Positions 30,011-37,100 of a DNA stretch of 64,000 nt are shown here, piece by piece. The notes beneath the pieces were generated by a model. The model did not search any database. It was not told the DNA's origin and saw nothing but the letters and a program-made list of their open reading frames with translations. The translations under genes and the position numbers were made by a program. Source of the DNA: an uncultured Bacilli bacterium (GTDB lineage Bacteria; Bacillota_I; Bacilli_A; RF39; UBA660); NCBI GenBank assembly GCA_947632325.1, contig CANROU010000005.1:2135-66134 (forward strand), in the 5' to 3' direction. Every line of letters begins with the position of its first letter. Position 1 is the stretch's first letter.

Positions 30011-30094
30011 ATGTTTAAGAAAGATTTTTTAATCTTCTCACTTATTCTTATTATCTTTTTACTAATAGCCTTACTTTTTACTTTTGTAATATAG
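30011..30094 (+). CDS. 27-aa hydrophobic peptide MFKKDFLIFSLILIIFLLIALLFTFVI (type I toxin-like small membrane protein)
   Basis: Perfect SD AAGGAAGGAGG 8 nt upstream, a consensus promoter, and a single predicted TM helix. A 3' imperfect hairpin AGCACUCAAUC/GAUUAAGUGCU follows the stop. Confidence 0.5.
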   Translation: MFKKDFLIFSLILIIFLLIALLFTFVI

Positions 30095-30235
30095 TATCCT
30101 ATGTAAAAGAAAAGCACTCAATCTAACAAGATTAAGTGCTAACCAATAGATTGGCGAGTACTCCACATTGCGTTGTTAAGTATTCCCCTTTTTATTTTAT
30201 GCAAGTTCCCTTGACATATTCATAATAACATAAAA

Positions 30236-30268
30236 ACGCACTTTCATCAAGTACGTTTTCTATTTTTA
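30236..30268 (-). terminator. terminator after tRNA-Met
   Basis: Stem AACGUAC(UUGAUGAAA)GUGCGUU plus UUUUUAU. Confidence 0.5.
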
Positions 30269-30296
30269 CTCGAAAAGTCCGAGTTTGCTATCTTTA

Positions 30297-30373
30297 TGGT
30301 AGCGATGGGGGGGATCGAACCCTCGACCTCTCGGGTATGAACCGAACGCTCTAGCCAGCTGAGCTACATCGCT
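30297..30373 (-). tRNA. tRNA with CAU anticodon (elongator Met or Ile2-lysidine; not initiator)
   Basis: Minus strand AGCGATGTAGCTCAGCTGGCTAGAGCGTTCGGTTCATACCCGAGAGGTCGAGGGTTCGATCCCCCCCATCGCTACCA. The anticodon stem lacks the 3 G-C pairs expected of an initiator. Confidence 0.8.
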
Positions 30374-30393
30374 ATATCACATGGACAATATTG

Positions 30394-30422
30394 ATTATAA
30401 CAAAGTTCCCTTTTTTTTACAA
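30394..30422 (-). promoter_or_regulatory. promoter TTGTAA-N17-TATAAT for tRNA-CAU
   Basis: Minus strand reads TTGTAAaaaaaagggaactttgtTATAAT, about 20 nt before the mature tRNA 5' end. Confidence 0.5.
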
Positions 30423-30455
30423 CTATTTTTTACAAAATTACTAAAATATAAAACT

Positions 30456-31241
30456 TTAACCAAATAATATTAAATATAATTTAACACCTATTCTTTGTAA
30501 TAATGGCGCTCTGTAAACCTTTCTAAGTTTATCAGTCTCTACAGCTTTTATAAATTTTTTCACAATAGACCGATTAGAATCTTTTCCTAAAAAATGAAAT
30601 AATTTCTTTTCAATAGTACTTATTTTTCTTTTATTTAATACAAAATATGGACTATCATCAAAAAACAATTCCTTATTATCTAACATAACATCATTAAATC
30701 CAGTATTATAAATACCTGGTTCTATCAATCCTATTTGTAATGATGTCTTTATTAATTTCAATTCCTGCCTCAATGTTTTTACCATAATTGATATAGCTGC
30801 TTTAGTAGAACAATAACTACCTAAAAAAGGAATAGGTATAATCCCTGCGATAGAAGAAGTAACTATAATTTTGGCGTTATCTTTTTTTAACATCTTAGGT
30901 AATGCTGTTTTAATTAATGAAAAAGTTCCAAAATAATTAGTTTCAAAATTTTCTCTAATTTTAGTGATAGGCAAATCGACTAAAGAGCCGCCTACTCCAA
31001 TACCAGCGTGGCAAATAAGACAATCGATATCCAACTGATTAACATATTCAAGATCTTTATTATCAGTAATATCTAATTTAAAACAAATAATATTTAAATT
31101 CAAATGATTTAATCTTTCTTTTAAAAGAAGAGCTTGTTGATTAGTGTGTGTGGTAATATACACTAAATGTTTTTTTTGAGCTAAAGTTAAAGCTACATCT
31201 AAACCAATACCACCAGCACTACCTGTTATTAATATTTTCAC
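30456..31241 (-). CDS. short-chain dehydrogenase/reductase (SDR)
   Basis: TGSAGGIG Rossmann motif and the YCSTK catalytic YxxxK. Confidence 0.8.
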   Translation of the reverse strand: MKILITGSAGGIGLDVALTLAQKKHLVYITTHTNQQALLLKERLNHLNLNIICFKLDITDNKDLEYVNQLDIDCLICHAGIGVGGSLVDLPITKIRENFETNYFGTFSLIKTALPKMLKKDNAKIIVTSSIAGIIPIPFLGSYCSTKAAISIMVKTLRQELKLIKTSLQIGLIEPGIYNTGFNDVMLDNKELFFDDSPYFVLNKRKISTIEKKLFHFLGKDSNRSIVKKFIKAVETDKLRKVYRAPLLQRIGVKLYLILFG

Positions 31242-31459
31242 GATATCACCAATAATATTATGTTACATTTAATAATTTTTAATCAAATAAAAAAGTTTAT
31301 TTATGAACCTCTTTACTAATATAATGATACACCTTTTTATGATTTTTAATAAGCATATTATATTTCATAAACACAACTATTTTTGTTATTGATAAACCCA
31401 AACCACATTCACCTTTCATACTGTTATTAATTTTTGCTAGTAGATTATAATTTGCAAAC

Positions 31460-31496
31460 TATTAGAAAATATGAAAACCCTTCATATGAAGGATTA
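31460..31496 (-). terminator. murC terminator
   Basis: Palindrome CCUUCAUAUGAAGG then a U-rich tract. Confidence 0.55.
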
Positions 31497-32792
31497 TAAT
31501 TCTTGATAACTTTTAATTAAATGCGAGGTATCAGCACAACTCATAAAACAAATGACCGCATTATTAACTTCTTTTAACTGATCAATTGTTTGTTCGCTAA
31601 TAATGTGACTGTTAGGAATTTTATCTAAAATTAATTTACTAGTAACATTAGGATAATCTTCTTGTTTTTCTCTATTCGAATCGATTTCAGTTAAATACAC
31701 CTCATCAGCTATTTCTAGAGCTTTTTTAAAATCATCAGCCATTTCTACTGTTCTAGAGAAAGTATTAGGTTTAAAAATCGCAATTAGATGCCTATTAGGA
31801 TATTTTTGTCTAGCCGATAACAAGGTTACTTTAATTTCTGTTGGATGATGGGCATAATCTTCAATGATGATATTACCTTTGCAAGAGGATTCTTTAAATC
31901 GTTTCTTAGCATTTACGAAAGTAGTAAATAATGATTGTATGGTATCAGCTTTAATATTTTTTAAGTAACAATAACTAATGCATGCTAGAGCGTCTAATAC
32001 CATATGTTTGCCAAATAAAGGAACACTAAAATGACCATAGAAATTTTGATGAATATAAACATCAAAACTACTACCTACCTCATCTAAAACTACTTCTTTA
32101 GCTATAACATCATTATTTTCATGAAAGCCATAAAATAAAGGCGGCATTTTAAAACTAATCTTACGAATATTTTCATCATCGCCACAGGCAATTATACCTT
32201 TTTTAGCTTTATTAGCGAATATGGCAAAATGATTAATAATATCGTCTAATCCGTTATAACATTCTGTATGCTCCAACTCAATATTAGTAATTACAGCATA
32301 ACTTGGAGTATAAGCCATAAAATGTTTTTGATATTCACATGATTCTAAAACAAAAATATTATTCTTTTTATCAGCAAAGCCACTACCATCACCAATAAAA
32401 TAATTACAACCACCATTATGAGTTAAAATATGCTTAATTAAAGAGCTAGTTGTCGTTTTACCATGAGTACCTGCTACACAAACAGTTTCAAATTGACAGG
32501 TTAAATCACCTAATAATTCATGATAAGTTTTAATGGTAAGTCCTGCTTCCTTTACTCGCATAAGTTCCTTATGATCAGGTGAAAAAGCAGCTGAATAAGT
32601 TACTATCATATCTTTATCTAATGGATGACTTTGATCATAGTAAATAGGAATATGCCTTTTATCTAAACCATCTTGGGTAAATTTATATTCTCTAACATCA
32701 TCGTAACCTTTAACCTCATTACCTAAATCATATAAAATTTGTGCTAAAGCGCTCATACCAGAACCTTTAATACCTATACAATAATATTTCAT
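31494..32792 (-). CDS. murC: UDP-N-acetylmuramate--L-alanine ligase
   Basis: GIKGSGMSALA N-domain and GTHGKTTTSSL P-loop. 432 aa. Confidence 0.9.
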   Translation of the reverse strand: MKYYCIGIKGSGMSALAQILYDLGNEVKGYDDVREYKFTQDGLDKRHIPIYYDQSHPLDKDMIVTYSAAFSPDHKELMRVKEAGLTIKTYHELLGDLTCQFETVCVAGTHGKTTTSSLIKHILTHNGGCNYFIGDGSGFADKKNNIFVLESCEYQKHFMAYTPSYAVITNIELEHTECYNGLDDIINHFAIFANKAKKGIIACGDDENIRKISFKMPPLFYGFHENNDVIAKEVVLDEVGSSFDVYIHQNFYGHFSVPLFGKHMVLDALACISYCYLKNIKADTIQSLFTTFVNAKKRFKESSCKGNIIIEDYAHHPTEIKVTLLSARQKYPNRHLIAIFKPNTFSRTVEMADDFKKALEIADEVYLTEIDSNREKQEDYPNVTSKLILDKIPNSHIISEQTIDQLKEVNNAVICFMSCADTSHLIKSYQEL

Positions 32793-32815
32793 ATTTTCAA
32801 CTTCCCTCGCCTTTT

Positions 32816-32844
32816 ATTATAAACTATTGCAAAATTCTTGTAAA
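32816..32844 (-). promoter_or_regulatory. murC promoter TTTACA-N17-TATAAT
   Basis: Minus strand reads TTTACAagaattttgcaatagttTATAAT. Confidence 0.5.
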
Positions 32845-32877
32845 TATGTTAGCAAGTTAAACAGGACTTATAACTTT

Positions 32878-34440
32878 TTAATGTATGGCAACCTTAAATG
32901 GATTAGCCTTAGTCCCATTACCTCCCGTAATTATTACCTCTGGCTTTAGCCATATCATAGGATACATATAAGCTACTTTATTATCATTGATTTGGAACGG
33001 AAACGTGTTAGTTTTCATATCCAACAACCAGCGGTAATTATCAGTAGTTTTAGCTAAAGTTAAAGTATATATTAACTGAGAAGTTGTTTCTTCAAAAGGT
33101 GAAGCAAACAATTCTCCTAAATGAGCCATACCAACAGAAGAAGTAAAGCTATGTTTTTTAATATCGCTATAATTAAGAGAGCCCGCTTCAACGACACCAT
33201 CATACCATTGACCACTCTCATTTACAAGAGCCCTATTATTATTGGTAATAACACTATTTATTAATGTTTTACCAAGGTTACTAGCTAAAAAATCACGATT
33301 ATCAAAAGACAACTTAGTTGAAATTCCTTTAACTCTTACTAATTTAGTACCACTATTTCCATTAGTTTCGACTATGCGATATAATTCATTATCAAGCTTT
33401 ACATATTCACCATTATATCTGGTATTTAACTTACTATAGGCTTCTATTGTATTGTCACTAGATAACCTATAAGGATTATCTTTACTACCATTACCTGCTA
33501 CAACATAAGACGCCTCTGCCAATCCATAGTTAACGGTTGTGGTTAAACGAATATTTACCATATCACCCGTGGTTACTGCTTGACGGCTACAACTGCTACC
33601 ATTACAATTTTCAATAAGATAATCGTAGGGAGCATCATAATTAATTACCAAATATTTACCAACGTTTGTACCAAAATAGGCTTTGACCTGTTCATATTCG
33701 TTTGTATTTAAAACACCTTCATATTGTCCTCTGTATTCTTCCATAAAGCTGGTAACAAAACTTTTAGAATAAGGCATTACGGCCATAGTTTGTTGAGAAA
33801 ACATTAATATGTTAAAAACTCCTTTAGCTGACCTTATCTCATAAGCTCTATATAAATTACCATGATACCAAACATAGTTATTTTGACAATTTCCTGTCAA
33901 ATAATCATGATAAATGTCAAAACCAACATCTGTATAATCGACCTTTGAAGTTACCTTACATCCTGATCCCCTTTTATCTTCATCAATTAACACATCACTA
34001 AGTACATATGAATGTTCAACCGGTTCAGGATTACAAACACCACTTGGTGAACCACCTTTATTATAAACCAATTTACCATCATTATCGGTACACGTTAAAT
34101 AAACCTGATAGGTTTCATTGGAATTTTTCGTAATACGTACTTTGCTAGTACTACAATTATAATCTTTACTCATAGGACTCAAAAGATTAGCTTTTAATAA
34201 ATCATCATAACTAATTTCTATACAACCCGTCCACTCTTCAAAAGCCAAATCCGGTTCTTTTTGATTATAATAAATTTTAGCTGCCGCTAATAAAGTTTCT
34301 TTATAATATTCAAATTGTTTATCTTTATTTTGTTTAATCAATTTACTAACAGACGGAAAAACCATGATGGAAAGTAATCCCATTATGGCGATAACTACTA
34401 ATAACTCTACCAAGGTAAAACCCCTTTTATTATTCTTCAT
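32878..34440 (-). CDS. large prepilin-type (type IV pilin/pseudopilin-like) protein with N-terminal cleavage/methylation motif
   Basis: KRGFTLVELLVVIAIMGLLSI class III signal, followed by a 480-aa extracellular region. Promoter with TGATATAAT (34465-34473) and RBS AGGTGAAG. Confidence 0.75.
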   Translation of the reverse strand: MKNNKRGFTLVELLVVIAIMGLLSIMVFPSVSKLIKQNKDKQFEYYKETLLAAAKIYYNQKEPDLAFEEWTGCIEISYDDLLKANLLSPMSKDYNCSTSKVRITKNSNETYQVYLTCTDNDGKLVYNKGGSPSGVCNPEPVEHSYVLSDVLIDEDKRGSGCKVTSKVDYTDVGFDIYHDYLTGNCQNNYVWYHGNLYRAYEIRSAKGVFNILMFSQQTMAVMPYSKSFVTSFMEEYRGQYEGVLNTNEYEQVKAYFGTNVGKYLVINYDAPYDYLIENCNGSSCSRQAVTTGDMVNIRLTTTVNYGLAEASYVVAGNGSKDNPYRLSSDNTIEAYSKLNTRYNGEYVKLDNELYRIVETNGNSGTKLVRVKGISTKLSFDNRDFLASNLGKTLINSVITNNNRALVNESGQWYDGVVEAGSLNYSDIKKHSFTSSVGMAHLGELFASPFEETTSQLIYTLTLAKTTDNYRWLLDMKTNTFPFQINDNKVAYMYPMIWLKPEVIITGGNGTKANPFKVAIH

Positions 34441-34567
34441 ATCTTCACCTATCTTATATAATCAATTATATCATCTTCTTTCTTAAAAAAAAAGATTTAT
34501 AAATCTCCTATTATCTATAGTACAAATTCTATTATTACTACATAAACTATTAATAGGTGAAGATATT

Positions 34568-34789
34568 ATGTTTAAGAAAAAAGCTGGACATAGTTTTTTC
34601 TGTCGATGCGAATATTGCAAAACAAAAAGAAGGCAAAGTTTATTATATCTTGCCTTACTAATATCTTTAACAGTTATTGTTTTTTATCAATCGCTACTTT
34701 TAATTTTTATCACCACTAAATTAAATGCTGTGCTTCTATTTATTGAACTATGCTGTCTATTCATGGGCCTTTTTAGGATATTGTTTTGA
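34568..34789 (+). CDS. possible small Cys-rich membrane protein (CRCEYC motif plus 2 TM helices)
   Basis: RBS AGGTGAAG 8 nt upstream of the ATG. Divergent from the pilin gene. 3' end overlaps the convergent CotS-like gene by 33 nt. Confidence 0.3.
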   Translation: MFKKKAGHSFFCRCEYCKTKRRQSLLYLALLISLTVIVFYQSLLLIFITTKLNAVLLFIELCCLFMGLFRILF

Positions 34790-35659
34790 AATTAATTCAT
34801 ATAATTTTTGGAAATCATTTAGTTGTTCGACAATCTCCTGACACTTATGAAATTCATCATTATCTAAAACAATTTTAGAAGGTATTGATAGTAATATAAG
34901 TAACCATATTTTTTCTTCTTTTAATAAAGGATATTTACTCTCATAAATATCTAATAGAAGATTAAAATCAAAAGCCAAGTGATTGTTTTGATAAAAATTA
35001 TAAAGATCATCAACAGGACTACCTATTTTAGCTTTATCCCAATTAATAAAAACAGATTGTTCTCCTCTAATAAAATGTTCTAAGTCCAAATTATTGTGAG
35101 TCATAACATAACGCTGTTTACGTTTTTTTGACATAATATCATACCATGTTTGTAATTGTTCTTTACAAAAATTAATGCTTTTATAAATAATGGTTATATT
35201 ACGAATCAAAAGATATTCACTTGGCGACATATAAATATTATTCTCAATAGTGTTTTGTAAATCGAAATAATATTGTTCCAAATAAACAAGTTTGTTAAAA
35301 ACATTTTCATAAAAATTTTTAATATCATCTAAATCCACCTCTTTGTAAAAGGTGGTTTTATTATGTAATAAACTAAGAAAATACATCATATCTTGAGCTT
35401 TTTGTTCCTTAGGTACTTTTATTTCTGTTATATATGGATAAATTTCATAATCATCTTTTTCTAAATTATTTAATGGCAAAGGAAAATAAGTAAAATTACG
35501 TGATAATAAATATTGATATATATTTTGTTTATCTACTCTTTTTTTATCTTTTATAACGTAATTACCTTCATTAGTTAGCAATATTTTAAGTTTTTTATCA
35601 ATGGTATACTTTATAGGTTTAAGATGATATTTGCTAACTATATCATGTATTTTGTACAT
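34757..35659 (-). CDS. ysxE: CotS/YsxE-family spore-coat protein (aminoglycoside phosphotransferase-like fold)
   Basis: HNNLDLEHFI...INWDKAKIGSPVDDL resembles APH/CotS Brenner and DFG-like motifs. Lies downstream of a SpoVID-like gene, as in B. subtilis spoVID-ysxE. Confidence 0.55.
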   Translation of the reverse strand: MYKIHDIVSKYHLKPIKYTIDKKLKILLTNEGNYVIKDKKRVDKQNIYQYLLSRNFTYFPLPLNNLEKDDYEIYPYITEIKVPKEQKAQDMMYFLSLLHNKTTFYKEVDLDDIKNFYENVFNKLVYLEQYYFDLQNTIENNIYMSPSEYLLIRNITIIYKSINFCKEQLQTWYDIMSKKRKQRYVMTHNNLDLEHFIRGEQSVFINWDKAKIGSPVDDLYNFYQNNHLAFDFNLLLDIYESKYPLLKEEKIWLLILLSIPSKIVLDNDEFHKCQEIVEQLNDFQKLYELISKQYPKKAHE

Positions 35660-36371
35660 CTTTAGTTATATGACGGGGAATGATCAATTTAGTTCCTAAA
35701 GCAATATCATCTAAATTATTATAATTAGCTAGTTCTTCTCGTGAAGTTTGATAACGCGTAATAATTTCTTCTAAAGTGTCATTTTCCCTAATAATATAAA
35801 CAGAATACGTTGAGAATGTTTCATCTTCATCTTGAAACATAGTGAATAAATCAGGTGTTTGAGATTTAGGATTATCTTCTGTTGATAGTACTTCATCAAC
35901 AACTATCTTTTTCTCATCATCCCTTTGATCAGCAGCCACTTCTGCTTTATCATCTGTTTCATCTTCACGAACTGTATTTTCTTCTTCTAAGACAATATCT
36001 TGCACTTTTGGTACTTCATCTAATACTTCAATAACATCTTCACTTTTCTTTTCAATATTATCTAATAATAATTCGATATTTACTTTAAGAACATCATCAT
36101 TAATTACTTCGTAATTAAAATCATCAATATTAATGGTTGCATCACTAATATCCCAATGTTCAGCTATTTCTATATCAACAGGAATACGATATTCAAAATC
36201 CTCCTCAATTTGACTTGCTTCCGTCATTTTATAACGTCCACTTATAATAAAATCACCATGAACTGCTTTATCTTCTGCAAAAGAAAGCGTGTGTTCTAAA
36301 GAAATATTAGTTATTTCTCCAATCATCGTTCTAAACACAAGCTCTTTTTCAAAAGGTATAATTTTTTGCAT
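35643..36371 (-). CDS. spoVID: SpoVID/SipL-like protein (N-terminal SPOCS-like domain plus C-terminal LysM)
   Basis: C-terminal LysM (YSVYIIRENDTLEEIITRY...LGTKLIIP), an acidic linker, and N-terminal FRTMIGEITNISLEH...GDFIISGRY. Confidence 0.55.
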   Translation of the reverse strand: MQKIIPFEKELVFRTMIGEITNISLEHTLSFAEDKAVHGDFIISGRYKMTEASQIEEDFEYRIPVDIEIAEHWDISDATINIDDFNYEVINDDVLKVNIELLLDNIEKKSEDVIEVLDEVPKVQDIVLEEENTVREDETDDKAEVAADQRDDEKKIVVDEVLSTEDNPKSQTPDLFTMFQDEDETFSTYSVYIIRENDTLEEIITRYQTSREELANYNNLDDIALGTKLIIPRHITKDVQNT

Positions 36372-36421
36372 TTATATTCTCCTTTCTTTCATTTAAATAT
36401 ATGATAAGAAGAAAAATATAG

Positions 36422-36452
36422 TACAAAATAAAAGAACATAAAAGTTCTTTTA
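36422..36452 (-). terminator. terminator of the 36450-37100 gene
   Basis: Stem AAGAAC(UUUUAU)GUUCUU plus UUUAUUUUG. Confidence 0.55.
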
Positions 36453-37100
36453 TTTTTGTATTTTATCTAATCGTCTTAATGTCATTTTAGCTTGCTTGCA
36501 ATATTGTTTATCCCCTTGTTGCATAGAACTATTAATAATATTCCTACTATCATCGATGTATAATGGATTTTCCAAATATAAATCAGGACATACACTTAAA
36601 AAATAATTAGTAGAAGATAAGAGATAAGGATTATTGGCTAGTGATTGAAGTTGACCATGGCGTAAACTATAGTAGGTTACATAATCTATTGTATATAATT
36701 GTTTTAATGTTGAAATATTATTATCTATTCCACCTTTCCAATTACATTTACGAAGTTTCATCTCTTCATAAGCTAAGTCATGAATAGCAGCTTCCATTAC
36801 TGCCATATTACGTTTTTTATAATACTCTAAATGAAATAAAAATATTGGAACAGCCTCATTATTTTCCCCACAATATTTTCTAACATTGCTATAAACATTA
36901 CTTATTTTATCTAATATATGAGAATCTAGATGCACAAAGCCCTCCTGTTCATCAAGCATCCAATCGACACATCTTTCTAAATTATTAATACTTTGTTCAT
37001 TAGTATAAAATTGCTTTAGTTGATCATCTGTTAAATTTAATAACTGATATTTCAATATTGTTAATAACATTATACGATTTTGTATACTTTTTCCCATCAT
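36450..37100 (-). CDS. hypothetical protein translationally coupled to lon (ATGA overlap)
   Basis: 216-aa ORF whose start overlaps the lon stop. No recognisable family. It sits where ysxC/engB lies in Bacillus but is not a GTPase. Confidence 0.5.
   Translation of the reverse strand: MMGKSIQNRIMLLTILKYQLLNLTDDQLKQFYTNEQSINNLERCVDWMLDEQEGFVHLDSHILDKISNVYSNVRKYCGENNEAVPIFLFHLEYYKKRNMAVMEAAIHDLAYEEMKLRKCNWKGGIDNNISTLKQLYTIDYVTYYSLRHGQLQSLANNPYLLSSTNYFLSVCPDLYLENPLYIDDSRNIINSSMQQGDKQYCKQAKMTLRRLDKIQK

Noticed and set aside
29911-30117. 68-aa minus ORF
   Set aside because: It has no RBS and is antisense to the much better supported 27-aa peptide gene, which has a consensus promoter and SD.
30110-30160. 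CIRCE-like element (AGCACTC ... AGTGCTAA) for HrcA
   Set aside because: The half-sites are separated by 15 nt, not the 9 nt of TTAGCACTC-N9-GAGTGCTAA, and no chaperone gene is nearby. It is more likely a 3' hairpin of the small peptide transcript.
31242-31493. Possible 40-aa minus ORF (MKGECGLGLSITKIVVF...) in the murC-SDR intergenic region
   Set aside because: No SD or promoter. The region is better explained by the murC terminator plus AT-rich spacer.
33242-33439. 65-aa plus ORF
   Set aside because: Antisense within the prepilin-type gene.
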